20,000 nucleotides of DNA, taken from the NCBI GenBank assembly GCA_910592345.1, contig CAJVPI010000054.1:44957-64956 (forward strand), written 5' to 3'. The notes beneath the pieces were generated by a model that saw only the letters and a list, made by a program, of their open reading frames with translations, did no database searches and was not told the origin of the DNA. Of this stretch, positions 1 through 11,092 are shown one piece after another (the first letter of the stretch is position 1; each line of letters starts with the position of its first letter). The position numbers and the translations under genes are program-made. This stretch comes from Paraglomus brasilianum. Its lineage: Eukaryota.

Positions 1-135
1 TTAATACTGTAATATTTCACAAGTTAGTCAGAATAGCTGAATCTGGCTTGACGAATAGAATTTGTAAATACCTCATCATTACTGAGACTAATAGACTAAT
101 ATAATATATATCTGCTGTTTGCACATGTCACTATA

Positions 136-783
136 TCACGGTTTGCTTTTTCGCTGTTTTACTGTTTTTCTTGTTTGAATATTTGCATATTCACCACATC
201 TCTTCCATACTTTGATCTTATCCATAACATCTTCTTCAACCTCAAAGTTGATCCGTGATTGGCTTGCCCAACTCTCCCAAACCCTTGTTACATTTTCAAC
301 ATTGTTTAATGTCAACCCGCCAAACACGAGACCACGTTTGTATACTAATTCTTTCTCATACATGTCGATTATACGTGTTGCGTACAAATGTGCCGAGTCA
401 ACAGACAGATCAGATATCACCAATGCATCGTCTATGTGTATTTTGGCAGACGCTGACGCTAATACTAGCTTTGATATTTCGTGTAATGCCATTCGCATTG
501 ATTTGATGATTTTGGTAAATTCGTCGAGCGATCTGTGGATGCGCGAAACATTATCCGCTATCTCACAAGTCTGTTTGTAGATGAGCAGATTAATGGTTTT
601 GGAATCAAGGAACGAAGGTGGCTTTGATGTGAACGATAAAGTGGCTTCTCTCTGTGTTTCAATGTTTACTAATAATGAGAACACAGCACAGGATTGGGCG
701 TGCGTTCTTGCCCATTCTTTATTTAGCTTGTCGATTCGCATGAGTTGATTTACGTGTTGTGGAATGGCCGACATTATGAACAT
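136..783 (-). CDS. CINP / C1orf109(AIRIM)-like helical protein, single exon, 212-215 aa (start at ATG 783 or 774)
   Basis: Intact 215-aa ORF. The segment IIDMYEKELVYKRGLV...WESWASQSRI resembles the CINP C-terminal signature as I recall it (LLEMYRKELLLKRTV...SMWLHQPYV). The N-terminal W...C..L.N and LLIYKQ pattern resembles C1orf109. Length matches both families. Compared from memory only. Confidence 0.62.
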   Translation of the reverse strand: MFIMSAIPQHVNQLMRIDKLNKEWARTHAQSCAVFSLLVNIETQREATLSFTSKPPSFLDSKTINLLIYKQTCEIADNVSRIHRSLDEFTKIIKSMRMALHEISKLVLASASAKIHIDDALVISDLSVDSAHLYATRIIDMYEKELVYKRGLVFGGLTLNNVENVTRVWESWASQSRINFEVEEDVMDKIKVWKRCGEYANIQTRKTVKQRKSKP

Positions 784-1043
784 TTCTTTTTTGTTGTTGT
801 TGTTGTTGTTGTATGTAATTATAATTATTTATTTTGATGATCAATCACCTGACGACATACCCACTGCCGATCAGCAACGCGCGAAAACCAATATTTCTGC
901 TTTGCATGCTCCCCTGTACTTGTTCTCACGTCGTCAAACATACGCGTAAATTCTCCCGCCTAACCTATTTTTCTCGTGTCGAATCCCCGCATATTACTCC
1001 GAGTCTATTTTATCAAAGTTCACTTGAATTATATTCTATCAAC
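784..1043. promoter_or_regulatory. Bidirectional promoter between the CINP-like gene and UNG, with E2F/SCB-like GCGCGAAA (879-886) and MCB ACGCGT (942-947)
   Basis: The divergent ATGs are ~260 bp apart. GCGCGAAA is TTTCGCGC on the minus strand (E2F consensus) and contains CGCGAAA. ACGCGT is the MluI cell-cycle box. Both are typical of G1/S-regulated DNA-metabolism genes. Confidence 0.6.
791..811. repeat. (TTG)7 microsatellite just upstream of the CINP-like start codon
   Basis: ttgttgttgttgttgttgttg read directly. Confidence 0.9.
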
Positions 1044-2616
1044 ATGCTCAAACGCAAGGACCCACCAACTTCTGCAGCCGGGGCCGCCAAGAAAAAAGGG
1101 ACTGATAAATCTTCAGTCCAGAGTTCTCTTGCTTTATGGGTCAAACCCTCTGTAGAGACGTCAGCAGACAAGTCGTTAGTGACGTTGGATAGCTTGGCAG
1201 CAGGACTGGATGATAACACCAAGAAATTGTTAAAGTTGGAAGTTGATACTATGGACCAAGAATGGTTGAAGGCGTTGAAAGCGGAATTTAGGAAGAATTA
1301 CTTCTTGGAGGTATGGCACCGTGCGTGCGAGCTGTTGTGTGTCGTGCGTCTGGGTGTCATGTGATTTTATGACATTTACCCCCCCCCCGTCTACTTGCTG
1401 TGTAGCTAAAGAAATTTCTTGCGACTGATGCGAAATCCCACAAAATATTTCCACCCGGTATGTGAATACAATTCGATGCTTATAATATTTATACGAGTAT
1501 GGCTAATAGTGAAATTGTTCTAGCTGAGGATATATATAGTTGGTCGAGATTCACACCCGTTTCGAAAGTTAGAGTTATCATCCTTGGTCAAGGTGGGTAT
1601 CATTATCAACAAGTAAAGAAAAATCGGTCCATCGTTATTAATTCTTTTCCCCCTTAGATCCTTATCATAATGTCGGACAAGCGCACGGTAATTTATCGAT
1701 TGATATTTGACATTATGTTTCTGCAATAGAATGAATACAATTAAATCAATCTTTAGGTCTATGTTTCAGTGTTAGGCCTGGAGTTACACCTCCTCCATCC
1801 CTGGTCAACATCTACAAAGCCATGAAAATCGACATCCCAACTTTCAGAGTACCCAAGCATGGGTTAGTAACATCTAGTTATTAATGTCCAAATTTTACCT
1901 TTTTGACAACTTGATTATCAAATTTACAGCTATCTTGAAAATTGGGCCAAGAACGGTGTTTTATTATTGAACGCAGCACTCACCGTTCGCGCGCATGATG
2001 CAGGAAGCCATAGCAAGAAAGGATGGGAAGAGTTCACTGGTATGATAAATAAACTTGTAGATTTGATTTATTACGACCGTGAGGTCATTACTTGTAATAA
2101 TGTATTCTTGAATCAGATGCAGCGATTAATTACTTGAACGAAAAGAAATCCGGATTGGTATTCATACTTTGGGGAGGACATGCTCATAAGAAGGGAAAAC
2201 GTATTGACAAGGTGCCCATTAACGACTAGTGGGTGATATTTCAGTAACGCGAAATCCGCCCGATCTTACACAATTTTCCCTCCCCCCATTAATAGCAAAA
2301 ACACTTGGTATTGAAAGCACCCCATCCTTCTCCACTTTCTGCAAGAGGAGGATTCTTTGAGTGCCGCCATTGGTCACAAGCCAACGCATACTTGAAAAGT
2401 TTAGGAAAGGAGACTATTAATTGGGATTGTCTGGTGGATGATGATGATGATATTGATAATGAGATCGAACAACAAGATGGTGTGCAAGAAACTGCCAGTG
2501 CTAGCGATAAAGATGCGGTCGAGCAAGTGCCGCCAGAGGAAGAAAAAGCTGGTATGGGAGAAACTGCGAATGCTAATGAGAACAATGCAGTTGAGCAAGT
2601 CGCAGTTGTCAATTGA
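1044..2616 (+). CDS. UNG1: Uracil-DNA glycosylase, family 1. Exons 1044-1310, 1406-1457, 1524-1592, 1658-1687, 1757-1862, 1930-2039, 2117-2211, 2296-2616; ~349 aa
   Basis: The spliced product has all family-1 motifs: LGQDPYH (water-activating loop), [43 protein letters not shown] and HPSPLSA (Leu-intercalation loop). All seven introns are GT-AG and keep frame. Confidence 0.97.
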
Positions 2617-3281
2617 TGGGGTTTGTGTGTGTATATATAAGATAATTCCTAATCACATGTATATATGTCACGTACCAAACCAATTCTCGCCTTTTAATGG
2701 TGAGAGAGAAGCGTCATCCATTGATTGATTGGTCTTGTGCTTTGGAACACCAGAATAGTCGCACACTTTCCTGTAAATATTTTACATTTGTTTTGCCGAT
2801 TATATTGAAAGAAAGCATTGAATAAATACGATTTACGGTATAATAATAATATATATGCTATTCATTCGATTTTATTTATGTTTCTACTCTCGTTTGGGAT
2901 ATTTCCCGGTTGTCCAGATGCATTGACAATGGTCGCGGCTAGTGTGTGTCTGGAATACGTATGACAAACATGTAGATATGAGAAAGATAAATTTGCAACT
3001 GAACGTAGCTATGATACATCTGATTATGAGATCATGTTTAGACATCTCTAAGAGGAATTTACATAGCTACCAATACATCTTTAATTTCTGATTACAGTAG
3101 CGGTAGTAATAGTAATAATAACAGCGTATCAGTGTTTTTTTACAGCAGAAGTAGGTAATCAATCCCCCTCATATAGATACACACTAAAAATTATTAGTAG
3201 AAAGTTAATAAATAATGTAAAAGAAATAGTTCTAAAGATTGAAAATCATCATCAGAATTATTCATCATATCGATTGCCGTT

Positions 3282-4465
3282 TTATTTAGTCCAATATCTG
3301 ACAAGTGAGATAGGAGCCTGGAGTGCCTTCTTGGCAGTTGAGGATTCGGCTGTTGGAGAGCCTGGTCGGCTATTAGCTTTTGCTTTCTCTCCCTTCTTTC
3401 TGACTACAAGCACTGGGCAATCAGCATTACGAACTATATATTCTGATACGCTTCCGATGAGATTACTATTTTTTCGAGTGAGAAAAAGAGAGAGAGTTTA
3501 GTCATGGATGCACGTTATTACCACAATGGTGTGACATGTACGATAATATTCCACGATATATCATACCGTTTCAATAGCCCAAGTCCTCGAGTTCCGACAA
3601 CGAACAGATCCGCATGAGTATGTCCAGCGAGTTTGACAAGTTGGACTTTGGGATCTCCTTTCAGGATATAAAAGTTTGCAGTAATCTACAAGAAACAATT
3701 GTATGATACATGACGCTTTAGCACCTCCATCCATCCAATCAAACAAACAAACAAAAAACACGACCCAACAATCCAACATCAACTCACCCCTTTGGAAGCC
3801 AAATCCTGTGCTAAAGTCTTCAACATTTCAGATGCATCTTGGTGGTCAGTGAACGACAAGCGTCGGTTGGTTTTCCTCTTTTCTACATAGTGAAAATGGA
3901 TGTTGTGATCAGTAACTTTCTTGTGATACATAAAAAGACAGTCCTATTGATAATAGACAGAACAGTATTGATTGCATATCTGCATCTATTCGTAAAGATT
4001 AATGTTATGACTAGCAAGCAAGTTGTTGTATATACTATATAATCATAATCATCCCCATCACTCCACCATCCTTGATAATTACCAGCATTCTGAGCACGGG
4101 AGGTGTGTGCAGATAACCAAGCGGATTGTTCTTCGTCTACTACAGTGGCCAAATGGACATGATCATGTCCAGGAATTAAGATGTTATCCAGGATATGCTG
4201 GTAGACAAACTAGTGGATAGATAAAAGTGGAATAAAGCATTGGATACAATTAGCTTGTTATTAGCAAGAAAGAGATCCGTTATACATTAGGTGACCCCCA
4301 TTCTATAGACGGCTCCATAAGACATATTCATAGAGTGGTAGTTTGCGTGCTCTTGCATTACAAGTTGCTTTTATTTACCTTGCTGAAATCAGAGTTATCA
4401 TAAGCTAGCAAGATTTTGCGACGACGGTGAAGTTCGAGTGGTTTGTCTGGAATAGTAACAACCAT
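3282..4465 (-). CDS. Universal stress protein (UspA-like domain). Exons 4465-4379, 4209-4083, 3882-3788, 3685-3567, 3465-3282; ~203 aa
   Basis: The spliced product reads MVVTIPDKPLELHRRRKILLAYDNSDFSK-FVYQHILDNILIPGHDHVHLATVV...ILKGDPKVQLVKLAGHTHADLFVVGTRGLGLLKRNLIGSVSEYIVRNADCPVLVVR. It has the canonical USP N-terminal strand, GDP, and C-terminal G-2x-G-9x-GS and CPVLVV motifs. The intron 2 donor (4082) is the least certain junction. Confidence 0.92.
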
Positions 4466-5511
4466 GTTTACAGTTTTTTATTTACAGATAGACAAATATA
4501 TCTTGTGAAAATGTTTGCGTATAGAGGGTAAGTACGAGACTTTTTTTTTTTTCCCAAGTGTCGTAAGTTTGAAAATGCAGAGGGGAAGCTTTAGTACTTT
4601 TATATATTTGATACAGAAAGCAAATTTCTCGAGTAATCTTAGCCTATTATGGAAATATTAACATGATAAGTAACATATTTATAACAATACTTGTCATATG
4701 TTTGGGGTGTATGACGGACGATATTAGTAGGGGATGAGATGAAATCAATCAAAACATTCGATTGTTGCAAATAATTAGTCTTCTGATCAAACTCTTGTTC
4801 TCCGATGCATCTCGGTGATTGACATAAGTTGCGTGTGTGGCAGATGGAGTCGTTTTCTGATGATGCAATGCCGTTGGATGGTTGTCGAATGTTGTGGACA
4901 TTTGGAGAATTATCTATCCATCGTTGGTCAATCTATATGACAGAGATGCGGTATATCTGCGGTATATCTGCATATGGTAGCATATTAATATTCTACCAAC
5001 AATCTCCTGTTCATAGTTTAAGCGAGAGGGTTCAACAATGGTCACTGAACATTCTGGGCAGGTAATGTGATTTTGAGTCATTTGCTAGGGGTGATGGTTA
5101 CTAATGGGGATCATGCCGTCATGACCAAGCGGGTTTGTAAAATCTAACTGGACGGCGCAACAACAGTCGATGTCAAGATACAGTAGTTATAGGTTGATTA
5201 TCCTAATTGTCATACCTTGAGTCATGGTGTTTACTTCTATAATTAGCGTATTAATAAAATGTACATGAAAATGATATCATATAGCGACTGTGGAACTCTG
5301 CTGATTTACTCCACATCTTGTCGGCTATTAATTTATCTCATTGTTGATGATGGTTGGCGAAAACGTAACATTGATTGATACGAATGACGAAACATCGAGC
5401 ACGATAAAAGACCGGGTAAAAAAAAAAAGATCTAACAAATTATATATCACGCAATTAATTTCCGGTTACAAAAAGAGATTTTATTACGTATCTCTAACAT
5501 TCACAAGCGCG

Positions 5512-5515
<4 letters not shown>

Positions 5516-5543
<28 letters not shown>
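5516..5543. repeat. (CA)n microsatellite
   Basis: About 14 CA units read directly. Confidence 0.9.
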
Positions 5544-6065
5544 TCTCGGTAATATATATCATAGGCAATCCTCGGTAGGATTATACAAGAATGGACATCG
5601 CTATGCCACGTGGGATTAGAATACGTAGTGGCTTGTTCCCATTTTCATTCTCTCGTTCTCTCACCATTTCAATTCTAATCCAAAGATGAAAAGCATAACC
5701 GACACAATGACAATGGTGCGCATTCGTTGTGCGTGAGGCATAAAATGAAACTTTAAAATTTTACTGTTTTCACCAAAAACTATAGTTATATATATAGATC
5801 GTACAAGATTTTCCACAATTCCCCCTCCCCTACAATCCCCACACTGTCAAATATATACTGACCTCTCTCCCCATTGGTTGGGCAAATAAAGTTCATGGAA
5901 AGAACGAGTGAATGGTGATGAATAATATGATGAATAATATATACTTGTATGTATAATAATAAAGTATGATAAATATATACATATATATAGCTAATACTGT
6001 AATATAACCTACATATATATATACATAACGCAACTGCACGTGTGGATGGCCGTAAGGAGGGGATC

Positions 6066-6119
6066 AAGTTGCAAGTAGTGAGTTGCAAGTTGCAAGTTGC
6101 AGGTAGTAAGTTGCAAGTT
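6066..6119. repeat. Imperfect 7-bp tandem repeat (AAGTTGC)
   Basis: aagttgc aagtagt gagttgc aagttgc aagttgc aggtagt aagttgc aagtt. Confidence 0.85.
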
Positions 6120-6928
6120 CTTTTTGCAACCTAATAAAGAGCGCATGATGTTTGTTGTAATATTTAGACCGATGTGTGATACGCTTATACCCAACTATAG
6201 TTCTTATACAATACATATACAGTATATTTAATTATTGTTCTTACAGCCTGTCGGCCTGTACAGCCAGCCTGCCTCTGTCAAGGTCGTAAATGTTATTAAT
6301 ACGAGTTTTATACAATCATTACAAACTACGATTGTTATTATAACTATATGATCATTGTTATAGTTATAATTAGTGCCAGTACCACTTTATGTTATGCAGT
6401 CTGACATTGGTCACCTGGATTACATTGCTGCATGGGAAAATCACCGAGTTTTCTCTTTTTTTCTTTCTTTTTTTTTTCCATTGGGAAATGTCCACACAGA
6501 GCTTATTTAATCTCATTTACGTTCTGCAGCTATTGGCGGGGATGTGGGTGGATGTGGGTGGAAAGGAGGTTGTTTACAGTTGTGAGTATTAGATTGGTTG
6601 GAATTAAAGTGGGAATAAATTGGCAATAGTAAGCATGTTATTGATAATGTGCGTAGGGTAATGGTAATACAGAGTTTTACTTATTGCTTACACCAAGAAG
6701 ACGTTCTCACCAATACTGTAATATTAATATGTGACATGACCATATGAAAGTTGATTTAGAGTTTGAGTTGACACTGAATCATTACAAATAGGATTGTCAT
6801 TATAAATTGCATGATAGGATAAAATCAGCTATAGCTGTCATAATAATGATGATTATAATGGGTGACGTATGCACATACATGCAAATAGTAATATTAATTG
6901 ATGAAAATAGACTATATATGTTCATGTT

Positions 6929-6963
6929 CATATAATGTCCATATAATGTCCATATAATGTCCA
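6929..6963. repeat. 11-bp tandem repeat (CATATAATGTC)x3
   Basis: Three perfect copies. Confidence 0.9.
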
Positions 6964-8312
6964 GAATACCACAATAGTAAGTTTTCTTCTGTGAAACAAG
7001 CGTAAACAGCATTTGAGTTAGTCGGATGTTGTACTACATAGCCATACATGGAAAGAGCAGTTTTAGGGTTTGTACAATGTATATAGTATATTGAGTAACA
7101 TTGAATGGGGGGATGGGGAAATGACGCATCGCATATATCATATATCGCATATATTGAATATATTGATATATTGAAGAATCATTATAATTGCTATTATTAC
7201 TGCGGCAACCGAATACATAATCCCATTCATTGCCATTCAAAAGACCCGAACTTGTATCTCCCTCATACGAACAATAATGGATTCTTTGTCACTTGTTCTC
7301 TATGGAAAAGATGTACATAATAAACATATATATATTCTGTATACATATGCATAGATCACTACCACGACAAGATGATCTGCTTGTACCTCTGCCACAAGCC
7401 GCTACATGCCTTTGCTTACTTACACACGTACAATTTCTCTCTCTCTTTTCCCTCCAACCCTCTCGACTCGATTCTGTTGCGAATGACCAGCCAACCAAAT
7501 ACTATCCCACCCGCACATTCCCTCTCTTCCCATACAGGCACTAATTTAATATAACGTTCACCTCGTGATATAGATCAAACAAAAAAGTAGACTCCTTGAC
7601 GATGACAACTTGCATATCGGAGTGCGCCGAGGCGATCGTTGCCTCGTTTAGAACCAAGAGAAGGGGGAAATGTGTGTGGGTAAAAAAAAAAAAAAAGAAA
7701 TATTTGAAAAAAATTTTATTGTTGCAGAGTCGTAACAGCCTGTATGCCGAATAATGTGATAGTCAAGAGGATTCAAGTACCAAAGATGCAAAGCAATTAT
7801 TCTTTGCATACATCGGACATTTTGTATATATAGTGTTAACCAGATTCTTTGTATTGTCTTTCTTTCTTCTTTCTTTCTTTCTTTCTTTCTCTTTCACCCC
7901 TTCATTCTTTTTCTCTTTTTTTTTTTTCCTCCTCGGATTGGCAGGACGTCGATATTATGATATCATTGGATAATCAGGGGAACAACAAGTGTATTGAAAT
8001 GAATGGACACTGGGGATGTTTAGAGGTTTAACTAATGGGGAAATGCATTATGTGGAGTAAAAATTCACACTATTTTATACAATATTACAATATATACGCC
8101 ATATTTATATGAATTACACTAATGTACATTCATTTGATGCGGTTGATATGCACTTGTTACATGTAGTAAATATTTATGTGTAGATGCATATGCACACACA
8201 TATTTATTTCACACATGCCAAATTAGTGGGGATGGCATATAAAGATAATAACAATAAGAAAAAGTCGTCAATGAAAGAGGGGTGTGAGATTGAAAAAAAA
8301 AAAGTGAATAAA

Positions 8313-8492
8313 ACAGCAACAGCAACAGCAACTACACTACTACTACAGCAACTACTACTACAGCAACTAATACTACTACAGCGACAACAGCGACAACAGC
8401 AACTATACTGCAATTACTACTACTACTTACTACTACATATTAACCAACAACATAATAACACCAACAGCAACGGGCAACAGTAACAGCAACAA
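8313..8492. repeat. Compound trinucleotide low-complexity tract (CAA/CAG/CTA)
   Basis: Runs of aacagc, ctacta and cagcaa; no splice-supported gene context. Confidence 0.8.
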
Positions 8493-9798
8493 CATAATCG
8501 TCAGCTAATACTAACCTAACCCCAACACATCTATATATTTTGCTTATACATGCATTATAGGAATATATGGGAGGTGCATTGCATACTGTTTTGCTATTCT
8601 ATTTTTATCCTTTCAATAAATATAAACCGACTATATGATATTGTATCTTTTTTTTTTCTTCTTGCTTTGCTTGCTTCTTTATTTACTACTGGCATCCAGG
8701 GTATGTAAACCCCCCTTCAACGTCATCGCCAAATCTGATTGGCCATCTTATGTCTATCTTAATTACAGATCATGTCAACGGTACTGTACAATCAACTGTC
8801 GATTGTCAACTGTTAGTTAATATGTACAGTATATTAATTAGTACGCCATAATAATTCGACTCGTAATAATTCGACGGACCAAAAACCCCAAGTAGACGGA
8901 TATTCGGTGACAAGGTTTGTTCGCTAACAAGCTAAGCTGACTCAATCACCCAATTTGGCTAATTGTCATCATTGGCGCGCGCAGATGATCAAACTATCCG
9001 GAACTGTTTAGTGATCAAGTTACGCACCGGGATTATGATGCATTGTTTATATAACAGTATAAACTATAAACCCTTACTTGTTGTATAAAAAAAAAAAAAG
9101 ATAACCGGATTCTCGATAAGAACACAAAATCTCGACATCAAAACAAAACTAGTTCATCTGATCGGTCGGTTTACCCCAGTCTTGCAGATTTTAAATCGAT
9201 AAGAAAATATCACAAAATTAAACCCACCCAATATATATATCTCTTGACAGTGATTGCTATCGTTATCATTTGTAATTTTGTAATGCTATGCTCTCGTGTT
9301 ACAACGCTAGTAATTCGATTGGATATCAGAAATTGCTTATATACACATATATGCAGAGTCTGTTTATCGTGTTGACATGCATCACGCTCGACTGGGCTAT
9401 TTAACGACGTATCTTATCTAAATATACACAGTAGCAGTTCATCAATCCCGTTTTGTAAAAAAATTGCTCCTTTTGAACGAGATATGCTATTACGTAATTT
9501 ACAGCCGACAGCCCGTGAAAACATTATGTGTACCCTCTGATAACGTAAAACAAATTTGTTGGGATACACAACAATAAGATTGTAGTACACCCCTTGGTTA
9601 TGCATTCATTCACCTACATATTTATTTATATTTATTATTTATTTCTTTTTAGGCTGCCACGTAATCCCGTTAATCCTACCAGCTGCCAGGTTATTAATGC
9701 CAAGTATACATCAACAGACGCACATTGCACATTCGCATAACATGGCACTGCTTTAGGATTCTCGAGTTTCGTTTGCGGATGGTTGATGTGTTGAGCGG

Positions 9799-9845
9799 TG
9801 TTGTATTGTGTTGTGTTGGTGTTGTATGGTGTTGTGTTGTGTTGG
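9799..9845. repeat. (TGTTG)n-like simple repeat
   Basis: tgttgtattgtgttgtgttggtgttgtatggtgttgtgttgtgttgg. Confidence 0.8.
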
Positions 9846-10086
9846 TGGCGATGAATTGGCAGTTGGTTATTCAGGAGGGATTTACCGCTCGACAATCGAC
9901 AGCGTTTTAGGCTTGTACAAGCAGGAGGTACGACATGTTAACAATAATAAGTGTAAAAAACTATATAACTATGACAGGATATATATGTACAGTATATGCG
10001 TATATTTATTGTTATATTGTAAATTGTAACATGAACACAAATCAACTGTGTCAACTGACTAAGAGTGGGATTTATCTGTCATATCA

Positions 10087-10125
10087 ATTCGTTAGAGATA
10101 TTCGTTAGAGATATTCGTTAGAGAT
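10087..10125. repeat. 13-bp tandem repeat (ATTCGTTAGAGAT)x3
   Basis: Three perfect copies. Confidence 0.92.
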
Positions 10126-10190
10126 TGTACCATCCATCACCTAAGCGTTTACCTAATATTTTACTTAAACAAAATTATACAGTATAGTTT

Positions 10191-10284
10191 TGTGCGTGTG
10201 TGTGCTGTAAGTGTGACTGTAAGTGACTGTGTGTACTGTAAGTGATTGTGTGTGCTGTAAGTGACTGTGTGTGCTGTGACTGTG
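10191..10284. repeat. Degenerate TG-rich minisatellite (tgtgtgctgtaagtgac-like units)
   Basis: Recurrent ctgtaagtga and tgtgtgctg blocks. Confidence 0.75.
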
Positions 10285-10479
10285 TTAGGTTATTGTTTAT
10301 TATTTGTTTCTTATTGTGTCGGGATAGCGGAAAATCAAGTTTTTCATTTTACTGTTTACTGTTCAACTGTGCCACTGCATGCCGATGCAAAATGTGCAAC
10401 AGCTACTGCACAGTTGGATGAAATGGTGAATAGGCAAGCAGCTAGGCGTTGATGAAGGGAGAGTTTAGTGTAGGAGAAT

Positions 10480-10535
10480 GAAAGGCAAGCATCGAGAGGC
10501 AAGCATCAGAAGACAAGCATCAAAAGGCAAGCATC
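10480..10535. repeat. 14-bp tandem repeat with a (G/A)CAAGCATC core, x4
   Basis: gaaaggcaagcatc gagaggcaagcatc agaagacaagcatc aaaaggcaagcatc. Confidence 0.88.
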
Positions 10536-11092
10536 CATCAAAAGACATATATTATCTGGTGATGGGTATGGACAAATAATAATAAATAATAATAAATAAA
10601 TAAATAAAACAAGGTATTGCCCGTTGATGAAAGATAGATAATTCAGATAATAGTTCATAGATGGCTCGGATAATAACGATGACAGACAGATAACATGTAA
10701 TATATTTATTATTGTAATCCAACAATAATCTAACAATCCCATTCCTGTATTCATGTTCATATTCATTTAATGTATGTGCAGCGGGCAGCGCACAAAGCAT
10801 GATATCCCTGCACGTTTGATGCTTAGTTATCATTCACGAATGATTTTGTTATCACCAAAACTATAAGCAACAATGTTGATAAACTATTCGGCTGTTTATT
10901 TGTTTGATTACCTATGTATTTACTACATACTGTGTATATATGCACTTATCGCTCTTATCGCCCTAATCGGCATTATCAATGTGTTTGAATGCTTTGATGT
11001 AACATGTCATTTAAATCATGCTTGAAAACAGTTTACTGTTGAGAGAGAGAAAATAAAAACTTGTATCAACTGAACAATGTGAATAAGAAATT

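Noticed and set aside
212..580. Plus-strand ORFs of 122 and 83 aa
   Set aside because: Antisense shadows of the 136-783 gene; no family features.
834..1364. 176-aa ORF as a standalone gene
   Set aside because: It is UNG exon 1 plus upstream sequence and read-through into intron 1 (donor at 1311).
3274..3501. Plus-strand 75-aa ORF
   Set aside because: Antisense to the last USP exon, which carries the conserved motif.
4829..5065. 78-aa ORF in the long intergenic region
   Set aside because: TTG start, no recognisable motif, no consistent flanking exons.
7629..7647. Small hairpin CGAGGC-N7-GCCTCG (and ATGCAAAG-N8-CTTTGCAT near 7786-7809)
   Set aside because: Stems of 6-8 bp are expected by chance in 20 kb; no ncRNA boxes nearby.
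8184..8483. 99-aa Q/L/T-rich ORF resembling a polyQ protein
   Set aside because: Open only because of trinucleotide and poly-A repeats; no splice partners or non-repetitive coding signal.
10087..10535. Short direct repeats as a CRISPR-like array
   Set aside because: Units are 13-14 bp and head-to-tail with no unique spacers; eukaryotic context with no cas genes.
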